Assembly: GCF_032062105.1 (NCBI RefSeq)
Contig: NW_026925206.1
Location: 62,001-126,000, forward strand
Source: Saccostrea cucullata
Lineage: Eukaryota
DNA length: 64,000 nt
Direction of reading: 5' to 3'
The notes under the pieces are model-generated. The model searched no databases and was not told the origin of the DNA. It saw only the letters and a list, made by a program, of their open reading frames with translations. Positions 1 to 13,000 of this stretch are shown here, piece after piece; the stretch's first letter is position 1, and every line of letters begins with the position of its first letter. The translations under genes were made by a program, and so were the position numbers.

Positions 1-225
1 ATGTACTTTTTTTGAGAAGAAGATTTTAAATGAATATTTCCTATTTTTCATTGAAAAATTTGATTATCCATTGTGTCCCCACCTTACCACGGAGGCTGAA
101 TATATAATTTATAAATCTAAAGTTCTAAACTTTTCTCTATATATGTCAGGAAACTTTGAATTCACATATTACAAGTTTATTCATTTCTAATCAAGTGGTT
201 CTTCGTCAGATTTTTGAAGACTTCC
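1..225. repeat. Fragment of a Helentron/HINE-associated internal repeat (oyster satellite-like)
   Basis: Motifs gagaagaagattttaaa, ccattgtg.cccacc.tacc and caagtggttct resemble HINE internal repeats; truncated by the window edge. Confidence 0.45.
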
Positions 226-1071
226 ACCAAAGTTTTATTGACTTTATATGGCAAGATTTCCCAAATCACTTGTTGTGACACTGATCTGAGATTTATGGTC
301 AGTACAATTTTTTTAATCTCAACAAATATTTGTTGGTGAATGTGATTATACTATAACTACGATACACTTGAGAAGAGTGTTCTGACGGGTTAAAAGAGGA
401 AAGTGAGAGAAAGTAGAAAAAACAATAGAATGAAAAGGAAATAGTAGAGAAACAGTATTCACACCCCCTTCAAATTTTTTGGAGTTAAATATGTAGTCAC
501 AGACAATAATTTATAAAATATCTTTTATGTCTCTGATATCCTAGTAAAGTACATCCAAAAAAAAAAAATCTTTATCTGAGTCGATATCGACTTACGTGTT
601 CAAGAATCTTGTTCCAAATTACGCACTTAGGACCCTACCTGATTTTACTCAATACTGAAAGATGAAGTGGAAGAATAACGATATGTTGTCCAACAAATAG
701 GCCAATCCTCCAAGATTTGCAAATTCGATTGGACGAAATATATTTACCCACTACGTTGTAATCGTCTAACCTTCACCTTTAGGAAGTCAGCTAAGGCGAA
801 ACAGTGGGAACTAATTACCCTGAAGTTACATGGATACCTGTGGTTCGGGATAAAGTAATGCATTTACCAGATGTTCTATATAATATATTTATTACAGCAT
901 TATTTAAGTTAAGTTATAAATATTCATTCAAATTTAATCTTGAGTCCATTTGGGTTTCTTTTTTGGTAAATCGGGGCTTTCCGAATACGCTGATGTACGA
1001 CTCACTAGACTCTTTATATGATCCCCGCACGGGGAAAAATAAACAGTTGAATTTCGTCTGCTGAAGTGGAA

Positions 1072-4000
1072 ATGTTACTAAATTTGCTGACTTTCTTCGT
1101 AATAATTCATGGTAAGAAACATACCTCATTGTGTGTTATTTTGTTTTGTTACTTTTTTGAAAATTGCATACGATAAAACCCAAAATGATAACCCAATAGT
1201 AATAACTAGGCCTAAAACCAGTAGGCCTAGCCTTCTGAATATCGAAAATTTTTATTTGTTTGTGTTTTGTTCAAGAAACCCCTATTTTCACTGCATTTGT
1301 TTTGTTATAAATTAGACCTATTGTTCTATTTCTTAATAAATAAGGTTTATGTTCGAACACATGCACATGTTCTGTAATAATTACAATAAAAAATTAAATG
1401 AATTAGACAGTATCCTCCCTCTATTCTCTAAATAGAAATTATATGGAGAGGCATATGGATTTAAGCTTTTGATACATGTGCACTTCTCTAAAGAGAAATC
1501 TGGTCCTCCATGTACTTTTGGAATAGGGAATGTCCTCTCAAAATTATGTTGTACATACCACAAAGCTTGACAGCTAGTATGTACCTAAAATCAATAATTT
1601 TATTCTCCCCTCCCCATCTCTCTTCTTCAGGCTCATTTTGTAGTTCTGTTTTGAGAAGAAAATATTAGATGCATCGGTGTAGCCTGATGATCAAAGTCTA
1701 AGCTGATCAATATGATAATTTCTAGAATGATCTGATGTCATTTGAAATGGTGATTTAAACTGTACCATGTTTACAGTAAATAACTGCATTATGCATCTCA
1801 CCAAATTATATGCATATGGTAAAGATACATAATAGTCTTTTGTTGCCCTTGTGTGGCAGTGGTAAGAGTATTTGCTGGAGTTGCGAAGTAAGGAATTGAT
1901 CCTTATGTCACAGGTTCAGATCCCAAAGAAAAAGATCCCTCACTGCTTAATGGCCCTGAGTGCAGAGTATCTGTAGCTATATAAGACAAAATTTGCAGTT
2001 ATCCACTGGCAAATGGTGGCGCTGAACAAATCTCATAAGGGACATTAAACAGTATACAAACAAACAAAACATAATAGTTTTATTCAATGAAGTTGCATTT
2101 CACACAGAGGTCTTTACTTTGCACTTGCATACATGCCAACTTTCCCGATTTAGGCGGGATCCTCCCGATTTTACCCTTTCATCCCGCCTTCCCGATCAGG
2201 AGAGAAAAATTGCCCTAATTTCCCAATTTGTAAAAATTCACCCAAAATTTCCGATTTTATAAGTTTCCCTATACCGCTGAATTTTGTCAATTGGGATAAC
2301 AATATCAGACTTGTTTATTCAATGCACACAGATAAGTTTCATTGTTTATTTAGGTGTTAATCAGCCACAGGAAATCACTTCACGCTTGAACGCATGTCCA
2401 GGTACAGGTAGCTTATAGCTTGGGGCAGTTAATTAGGGGATTGTCTTTTCAGTTAAAAGGGTACGCAAGGTGAAACACATAATAATTGTTAGTCATTTTA
2501 TTGAAAACATAAATTAAAGACAACTAAATAATAACTAGCTGCAGATCTGTAGCGTTATGGTTTTATATATTTGTCTTTGACCATAACGCTACAGATCCCT
2601 TAGTGCAAAAAAGGTGCAATTTACGGCGCAATATTTTTTGCGCACTTTTGGGGAGAATTTCTCCACTTCCTAGCTTTGGTCAATCAACTACCTTTCACTT
2701 TCTAATTCTAGACACATTCTGTAGCCAATATGTATAGTTTATCCACCTCCCAACCATTTATAGTTGCATGTCTCTACAGGCAATAAAGCTGGATATGAAT
2801 TTTCAGATAAATTTAACAAATAATTTTAATCAAGCGAGTTTATCACTTGTAGAGACGACTATAAAGGGTTGGGAGATGGATAAAATATACAGATTAATTA
2901 AATAATGTGTCTAGAATTAGGGGTTGAAAGGTAGTTGATTGAACGATGCTGAAAAGTGGAGAAATTCTCCCCAAAATAGCGCAAAAAATATTGCTCCGTA
3001 AATTGCACCTTTTTTGCACTACGGGATCTGTAGCGTTATGGTCAAAGACAAATATATAAAACCATAACGCTACAGATCTGCAGCTAAATAATAACCAAAC
3101 CATAAAATTGGAATCCAAAGAGATCGTTATTTGAAAACGAAAGTAGAAAACTACAAAGCATAGCTGCTGACTTTATCTACCTATAATTAAAAAATATTGT
3201 AAAGTTTGCCAGTTAAGGTTATCCGATCCTCAGGTTCCGAAAATCAGGCATTAAGTAATTGAAAATGCTCACAAAGACGTCTCTAAATTCTCAAATTAAA
3301 ATGTATTTACCCACGGTGTTTCTTTAAATTTCATCTTTAAATTTAATCATATTATATAGGGAAAATTAGTAAATCTCAAATATTTTTTTCAGGAAATGCG
3401 ATTTGAACTACCTACTGCATATTTTTTAATTGATAATTGATCAAGAAATACATTTTAGGAATATAAATCATAGGTATCCAGGCTTTTAAAGAAAATTGCA
3501 TGAATTTTACACTTATTTAGTACTTTACTTTCTCTTTCTTACTTCCATCGTTTCATAATGCATAGTGTATGAAGTGTTTCCTTTCAAAGAAAACACCGTA
3601 AATCACTTCTAATTTCAAATCATGCTTATAAACATTGGTAACTAAGGCTAAATTAAAAGAAATTTGATTTCTTTAAAATATGCAAGGTTTATTTAATGTT
3701 ATGAGGTACAAAAGTCAAATTTTTTTTATACCGTTTGTTAAAACTTTAAAGAGCATTGAATCATACGTAGAGGCATAAAATGAAAATTGTTGCATAAAAA
3801 AATTTCAATTTCAAGCTTTATTTAAAGACTTTTTGAATTAAATTATAAATTTAGGAGTTATCCTTCCTGGCTGAGGATCGTATATCCTTAAAATAACATG
3901 AAAAAAATCCTGATGAAATAATAAAGTCTGTGTCAATTAGAATTTCTTTTCCCTCCCTTCTCCCAAAAGTAATTAATATTGTATGCATAAGTGACTACGA

Positions 4001-7000
4001 AATACCCACATAGCACCATCAAGCCTGCCAAAGTTTGACTGTAAAAAAAATAATTTTCCCAGGATAGGTGGTATCTTTGTGTTAGAAAATTGATGATTTA
4101 ATTCTTCAAACCTGATGGTTTATTTCTTTGAATTGTTTTGTGTGTGACATAAAATTAAGTGTTTTAATGATATGTAACAGGAAAGGAGAAAATGCATGGC
4201 TGGACCGGGAATCGAACCTGGGACCCCTGTATCTCTAGTCAGGTGCTCTACCAACTGAGCTGTCCAGGCCGATATCCACGGCCCAAACCATTACATTCCT
4301 CCCTCCTTAAATGGTCTTCGTCCTCGAAGACACAACCCAAGTTCTTATTGCCCCTGGCAGGACTTTCACCTGCAATTCCAGGGGTGGTCAACGACACCAA
4401 ATCTGTAACAGGGAAGGAGAAAATGCATGGCTGGACCGGGAATCGAACCTGGGACCCCTGTATCTCTAGTCAGGTGCTCTACCAACTGAGCTATCCAGGC
4501 CGATATCCACAACCCAAACCATTACATTCCTCCCTCCTTAAACAGTCTTCGACCTCGAAGACACAAGTTGTAGGGCCCTGTCAGGAATTACTAATTTACA
4601 CATACACTGTAACCTGAACAAGGCACCAAATGTAATGGGAGAGGAGAAAATGCAGCGGACCAGACCGGGATTCGAACCCGGGCCCCCTGAAACTCCAGTC
4701 AGGTGCTCTACCAACTGAGCTATCTGGCCAACAGGTTCGAATCCCGGTCTGGTCCGCTGCATTTTCTCCTCTTCCGTTACATTTGGTGCCGTGCCATGCC
4801 CTGGAATTGACAGGTGAAAGACCTGACAGGGATTCTGGGTTGGGGTCTTTGGAGGGCCAAAGACCTTTAAGGAGGGAGGAATGTGGCGGTCAGCCGGGTT
4901 CGATCGCCGGTGGCCAGATAGCTCAGTTGGTAGAGCACCTGACCGGAGTTTCAGGGGGCCCGGGTTCGGATCCCGGTCTGGTCCGCTGCATTTTCTCCTC
5001 TCCCATTACAGATAAATGTACATACCATGAGGAACAAACTTTCTCATCTCCCACACAAAAAAATAAATGCATTGCAATTTCTCAAAATTTCTTTAAATTT
5101 AATATCTGATTAGAATTTCTAATTAATTAAAATATAAAAATCTCAAAAATGTTCCCAGAAACAGTACTTTACGTATCAAAAGTTGTACAATTTTCAATTT
5201 TTCATCAATTGAAATTATGTGTCTTAGCTTGTAAAAAAAAAGTTTACATATGTAACTAAATATCCCTTCTTTAGTGAGAGAGGCACCTATTTGAGCAAAA
5301 AATATTTCAATTTTGGAAAGAAAAACCTTATTTTTGTGTTATTTTTATCTTTTAGTAGTATTAATAAGTGATATTGATTATATTATAAATTTTAAAAAAA
5401 GGACCATGTCATAATCATTTAATTTCACGACAAAATGTTGCGAATTTAAAGCTATGAAAAATGTCGTCACGCGCAAAATCCCCCATGGGAATTTTCAAAA
5501 GTTGGCATGTATGCACTTGTCACTGCATAATTGTAACAGGTGAGCAGAAATACAAAGAATCAGGATTTGAACCCGCTCCCCCCTTGAATCTTCAGTCAGG
5601 TGCCCTTCCCACTTAGCTATCTGGCCACTGGCCATCAAACCTGTCTGAGACACAGACCATTACATTATGATATGAAGCTTTCAGGAAAAGTACACTTATA
5701 TGGATGGACAGAGAGGAATACTTGGAAGGGAATGTTTACTGTTGTAGTTTTACAATGGGAATATTGATGTTAAAGCAATGGTGTTCTTATTGTATACTTA
5801 TAACTTGAAAAACAGATCTGTTTAAATTTTAGAAAAAACAATGCCTCGATCTTTCTATACTTATATTGTTTCAGTTTTCCAATACACACTATAATTTACT
5901 TGACACATTGATTTCTTGCTTAGTATCAATTGTTTGTACGTATTTTAATAATAAACAAAAAGTTCATTAATCATACCAGTAAATGATCATTATTGGGCAT
6001 GGTTACAGAGTGATCAAGATGTGTCAGAGTTTTTTTTCCCCCTCTAACCCCATGACACACGAGGGTAGTGGCGGGATGCACATTACCTGGGTGCATAATT
6101 GATTAATTAACAGTAGCATGCTTCTGAGTTACTTTATGATGTTCATGTTTAAAGGAGATAATCATTGGCAAATCTCTTAGGATTATTTGGTTGATGCATT
6201 TTTCATAAGGAGATCTAGTCATGGACCCCTAAAGGAAAAAAAATGTTACAGCAAAGCCTTTTGATTAAATTGATGAATTGTAGAACTGAGGAAAATTACT
6301 CTCAAAGGAATTCAGACAGATCCATCTTTAAAGAAAGAAAAATTCATACATATATATCTCATTTTTCAAATGTGTATATATTATGTTCATTATCATGGTT
6401 ACATTAACGATATAGTATTGATCTTTACATTTGAAAGAGGAGATAAAGAGAAAATAAGAAAGGGAGATAATTAAGAGAGAGGGGGATAATAATGATTGAA
6501 ATGAATTCATGTCCCGAGGTATAAAATAACGAGGAAGTATTCATTATCCTGAGCTTGCTCAAGTGACTAAACAGCATTTCTCAGTAATCATGAATGTCTT
6601 TTTTTCTAATCAAAAGTCAGTAAAGATGTGAAATACAATACCACATAGCAAAATTTTAAATTAAAATCATTGATGAAGATAATGCAATGTTAATTGAGAA
6701 GGACACTCCTCCTTAAAATTGTTTGGTTTACCCAATCAGATCTAGATCACTTGATCAATCATTGTGTAAACTTTAGAAAAGAAATAGAATAGAAATAATC
6801 ATGTGATAAAAGAATGTGACTATTACTATTATCATTCATGTTAATTAAATTTTCATGACTCTTTAAATAATTCCATTCTTTCTGAATATGCTCCATTTAA
6901 GAGCTGAAGTGTGATGATGCTAATAATCAGCTAAATCAATATGTCTCTCTGTCTCTTCCTTCAGTGACACTGAGCCTATTGACATTGAGGGGCCCATATA

Positions 7001-10000
7001 ACCACACTGCAGTGGTCCAGGACAATGTAACGCTGAGCTGTAAGCTGTTAAAGGATGGAGAAACTGTCATCAATCTTCATATAGTGGGAGAACCCTATAA
7101 ACTGGTCTGGAATTTTACAGGTAGGAAATTAATTCTCTCAGCTACCATTTTATAAGTAGAAAATTCTCCCTAGCGTTTCCATGTATCCATCTTTTTAATA
7201 AAATCTATTTTATTTTGTGTTCTTTTATTGTTCCTATTACTGTGAAAAAATCTATTATATTATCTAGGCCATTCATCATCAGATAATTTATTAAACCACC
7301 CAATTTGGTCAAAAAAATATTCATATGTCTAAGATGTATATTCACTAGGCTTAATCATTGATTTCAAAGAAAATTTCAAAGAAAAAAAAGAATCTGCCGA
7401 AAATTAAATCTTCGAAGGATTGGATGCTTTTCATATTCTCTAAAATTTACTATTTTTCTGATTCGTAATTCATGTTTCCTTGAAATCTGAAAAGGAAGGG
7501 TGTGTAGTAGCTTCTACAAAATTGTAGCGGGATTAGTGTTCATGTACAGAACAAACACAGGTATGCCATATACTCTATGACCTCTAGCTTACATGTACTA
7601 ATTCCCTTGATACAGGTAGTTATACAAGTAACAGATGTACTACTACATGTAGTATGGCCAGGGTGTGAAATATTCTTAAAATATGTAGATCCTGTCCAGT
7701 TATAAGTCAATTGTATTTTAGCACAGGGGCTTGCTCCTGGCATGTATGATTTTATTTATCTAAAAAATCATAAAAGGTAATATTACTATGATTACTGAGC
7801 AAGCCCCTGTGATCTGAGTGAGAAAATAGCTGACTAGCCATGCTCTAAATGGTTCACATAATCATTGCTAATCTAAATGTAATAGCGCCCTTATCTGAAG
7901 TGACTGTACTATGTTTTTTTATTTACCTTCAAAATGGGTAAATATATCGAATGAAAACAATATTATTTATAGTTTTAACCATGATACAACATGGACAATT
8001 AAGAATATGTACAAATATTTTAATTTAAAAATTCCATAAAATTGAAGAAGGTTTGCTATGTCACAATGATCATAGGGGCTTAATATATTCTTTGGCGAGG
8101 CTAATAGATTTATGTAAGATTGTGGAACGTGCAGACACAGACAGGGAGTGTTATATATTACATGTAGATATAAGCATTCATCTGCTCAGTATTAACATTT
8201 CTTAAAGTTATGATTTACATGTATTGTACCTGGCTGCATTATGCATGGGTAGGTTTGTTTTAAAATTGAATGGGAGTCTAAACTGTTGAAAAGTTTAAAA
8301 TACATCACAAATTATGAAATAATTTAACCACTATGAAAAAGCAATAGGTAAACATAAAGTTTGTCATTCAATGAGATATTTCCTCCAGACAACTTAAAGG
8401 AAGTGAAAGCATACAGTGTAGGGACTATAAATCATTTATAGATAGAAAAGAGTTGTCTTATTTACCAGTAGTATTCCAAAATCATTGATAATTTTAGTTC
8501 ACATAATCTAAAAGCTCAAGTGAGATTTTCTGATTACATTTAATTTAGTTGCCCTCATGCCGCAGTGGTTAGAGCATCTGCTCTAGAGTCACAAAGTAAG
8601 GAAATGATCCTTATGTCATAGGTTCCACTCCCACTGTGGGACGTAGAGACTGGTCCTTTGTATAAATCGAGATCCCATGTTGCAGTAGGTGCTGGCATGA
8701 AAAAGATCCCTCACTTTAAATAAGTATAGGACAAAATTTGCAGCTCCGCCTATGTGCCATTTTCATATGAATGAAAAATGATTGAGAGGGATGTTAAACA
8801 ACATACAAACAAACTTGCAAACAAAACTGAATACATTTTGTCTAGCATCTGATTTTTCTGCCCATTTGTCTGCATACTTTTCACAGAGTTGAAGTCTTGA
8901 AAACTCAGTTAAGAATGACTAGTGATGACCCAATTTCTACCAAACTTTTTACAAAGTATATCTTTGGAGAAAGGGTATTTAATTTTGTTTTTAAAAATGC
9001 ACCCTTTTTCAAGGAGAGATAAGGAATTTATTTAGTAAAAAATTAGTGCATAAGCTTTATTCAGAAAAACCAATGGGCCAAAAATATCATGACCTCTGGG
9101 GGTAAGGTAGGGTGGGTCTTAATGGGCAATCAGAGTTATAGAATATGTAAGAAATATTTGGGAAACCCGATAAATTTTAAAATTTTCTTTTCAAGAAAAG
9201 CAAAATCATGATTAGTCTTATTAAAATGAAAGCATCCTGTACGTTGAAGTTTACAGTTCAAATCATGTCCCTCAGGTACTGTAAATCACTTTTTATTCGC
9301 GAGAACTTTATTTTCACGTTATTACGCAAGACAGTAAGCACGCAAAAAATTCATTCTCGCGTATAATAGTATTCCTTAAGATTATATAAAGAAATATTAA
9401 CAATTCATGAAAATTATGTCTCGCTTATAAAGAGTCAATGACTATCTCGCGAAAATAAGGTGTCACGAAAATTAAGTGATCTACAGTATACTATGGGTTC
9501 ACAATGATAGTGGTAATATTTTTGTTAAGGACATTATGAACTTAAAAAGGAAAAAAAGACCTATGTTGTCCTTAGTGTACATGTACATCTAAGAGCACAT
9601 GATATGAATTTCAATTTTCAAAATTTAATAAAATGTATTCAGATTGATCGTTTTAAATGCTAAATATGCAGAATAATTTGATTGTGTGGGTATTTTGCAG
9701 GGGTAGGAGAAACAGAACCTAGGACAATACATGTCGTCTCCAGCAATGGATTAGCTCTACCTAGCTTCTCTGTAAAGTTCAACAATACTCACTACCAGAG
9801 CGACTCTGACACTTCTCTTCACATCCTAAATGTCTCTTTCTCAGACGCTGGAACTTATACCTGTTCTCTTAACAGTGAGAGCAAGTCATTTGAGCTGTAT
9901 GTTATAGGTAAGGTGACATTTTGTATGGTGTAGTCATTATAATTACAGTTTTTGGATAGGCTGACAACTGAACTGAGCTAGGATAAATGAATGTTCCTGG

Positions 10001-13000
10001 ACAATCCAGGCACATATTTATTAATTTAAACATATTAAACAACATTGAAGTTTTTCAATTTCTGAACATCAGTAATTTCAAAAATGATTAAATTTTCGAG
10101 ACACCCTAAGCCGGTTTCAGGACAAAGAAAAAGTTCCTTAAGATTTTCTTAAAGGTTTTAAAGTACCATATCTTTTTAAAGAATACATCTATGTTCTTTC
10201 TTTCATTTTCCATACTGGTTACAAGTATTTAAATACATGAGGTTTAATTGTTTCTTTCAGAAAAACCTTACTGCCATAATTATAACAGTAGTGTGATAGT
10301 GAACCAGCAGGCCTATTTTGACTGCAGTGTCAATTTTCATGGAAATGATCGCCCTGAAGTGAGTTGGAAACATGGCAACAAAGAGCTGAATTTCTCTGTT
10401 GATTTCGAAAATGAAACTTACAGCTTAGCTCGTATGTCATTGGTTGCTTCAGAGGAAGATGATGGAAAGGTGTTCATTTGTCATGTTACATTTCCTTATG
10501 TCCATAATGGTTTTATCTGCCAAGCTCTCCCAAAGCTGAAAGTTTATTGTAAGTAAACTTCATACTAGTATGACATTAGGAATTTGATATAAGCATGGGA
10601 AAAAGTAATTGAGCACATGTATGTATTTGGTAATTGACCTTATCATTGGTCAGGTGGTTCTGAAGAAGAATATATTAAAAGGATTTTCCCTTTATATCCC
10701 TATGTCAATGTTAATTAGATCTGTATAAAAGTAATTAATTCAGAATTGAGAAAGTGATATCTATAAAGCATTTGTTCTGAATTAGATATGTATAAAAATT
10801 ATGAATTCAGAATTGAGAAAGTGATATCTATAAAGTCCTTGATTTGCACACTTATATTTACAGTTCCTGTGAAAGAGACAGACATTATTCTTAGTCCATA
10901 CAAAAAGGAGTATGAAGAGGGAAGCAATATTCTTCTTCGTTGTGTTGCCATAGGAGAGCCCCACCCCCGTTACAATTGGACATTCACCCCCCTTTCTGAC
11001 CCCCTTAATGAATCTGTGAGGTCAACCCATCCAGCGTACAAAATCGTCAATGCCCATAGAAATGACATAGGAAACTATACATGCATTGTTCACAATGAAA
11101 TTAATCATACAGTGTATACAGACACTAAAGTTGTCTTCTTGAATATAATAGGTAAGAATGAATTAATTTCTGTTAAAATACAAAGAGAATGCACTAAGAG
11201 GTTTTAAAGAGAAGAATTTTTATTTCAAACTATTGTCATTTTAATATGGCATGGAAATTAAGATAGCATCAATTATTCCAAAATATTTTAGTACAGTGTT
11301 AGGAGTAATTATATAAAAATCACCCCACCCCATGTCTTCTGTTTTAAAGCAATGGAATATAGTCAAATTATTATGCAGTTTGAATATAATGCATCATTTC
11401 AGGCAGAAGAGAAAGTAATATTGTCTAAAAAAAAAATTGTAGAAAATAAAGTAACAACAGTAAAACCTAAATACAGAATGATGCCTAAGCCAACAGAGGA
11501 CAAAGGAGATGGAGACATTAACTGTAAGTAATTATCTGAGAAATTTTCTTATGGATCATGGGATGACATCTTATGTGATAAAGTTGATTTTCCACTTGGT
11601 ACATGTATTTGTAAATTTTTGAATGTGTCTCAATCCCTGCAGTACATGTACAGTTGATACTGTCACTATCTGTCATGATGTAGGTTTGATACAGGGATAC
11701 ACTGATGATGATTCTGTCAATATAATGTATTTACAGTTTAATACAGATGTACTGATGATTAGGTTTTTGTTTCAGTCAATGCCTATGCTGTAGGAGCTGT
11801 TGTTAGTTCACTGCTAGCCATTCTGCTGATTGTAGTCTTCATCCTGCTGGCCATCAAATTCAGGGTACGGGTGATATAAAGGAGTTTCATTGAACATCAC
11901 ATGTAGTGTTTTGTACATAACAGCTGGAACTAGATAAAATATGCATGAAATAAATTTTGATATCTTACTTAAGACATTAATTAGTAAAAATTGATGTTTT
12001 CCTCTGGTAATTAGGCAAGAGAGCAGAAATACAGAGAAGGCATGTCCCTGGTGCAGGATGATTTTACAGATGATCAGGAATTGTTAGATGAGGACATGAT
12101 AACAGCAAATGGAGGGACCGAGGAGGTAGGAGGGACATGTACACGGTTATATTCATCTTACATGAATCGTAGATTTCTTTAAAAACAAATTTTCATTTCA
12201 ATATTGTGCATAATGATATGTATCTTAAAGTTCCAGAGCTTGTATAGATACATGTATAATTACATTACTGAGTCTGAAAAAACAAAATCATGATTTTTTT
12301 CTGATAGTTTTGTTTGAATTTAGTATGTTATACTCCATTGTAGACCCAAGGTCAGTACAGGAGACTTGGTCAGTATTGGGAAATCCCTAAGAGAGATGTT
12401 CGCCTGATGGACCTGATTGCTACAGGGTCGTACTGTGAAGTCTGGAGGGGGAGGATGAGGAAACACTCAGACAGTACAGATGTTCTTAGGGTGGCCATCA
12501 AGAAAATGCTAGGTACAGGTTAAAAAATGTAGTATTTCCCTTTGCAAAGAACCTTGATGGGGTTAAAAGCAATCTTAGAGTTTCATGGATATCATTCAGT
12601 TATGCTAGTTCATCTGTTCATGAGGTAGTAAGAGTCTGTCTCTGTTTGTTCAGATGATGCATCAGAAGTGGGCAGGAAGTTCTTTCTGGCAGAGATGGAA
12701 GTGATGAAAACATTGAAGGCTCACAGTAATGTGATCACCCTTATTGGATGTTACACATTAACTGGTAATTCTTTATAAATAATATTTCAAACTTAATGGA
12801 TATATTAACCAGTTGGTTATGGCAAAAGAAAAAGAAACATGCCTAGTATGCATTATAGAAAATGATTTAATTCATGTTTGGTAAACAAAAAATCTTGATT
12901 TTCCTAAAATAGACTAGATATTAAATAAAAGTTTGTTATATCCTGATTTATAGCTGCATTTGTAATAATTATGTCAAACATTTGCATTACTAAGTAATTC

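Larger units (their letters stand above)
2128..5513. mobile_element. Non-autonomous DNA transposon with 16-bp TIR and 6-bp TSD (hAT-like), hosting nested insertions
   Basis: TIR CATACATGCCAACTTT at 2128 and its reverse complement ending at 5513; CACTTG duplicated at 2122-2127 and 5514-5519; subterminal TCCCG repeats. Confidence 0.8.
8492..9600 (+). mobile_element. Degenerate Helentron-derived HINE with a nested SINE and MITE
   Basis: 5' end ttttagttcacataatctaaaagctcaagtgagattttctgat resembles the 14808 copy; internal repeats gttcaaatcatg.ccc. The right boundary is approximate. Confidence 0.55.

Noticed and set aside
4192-5109. ORFs 4192-4617, 4538-4762 and 4783-5109 as proteins; cassettes as true tRNA genes
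   Set aside because: The ORFs are translations of repeated tRNA-like LTRs. The anticodon arms are irregular and vary among copies, and each cassette sits inside an LTR.
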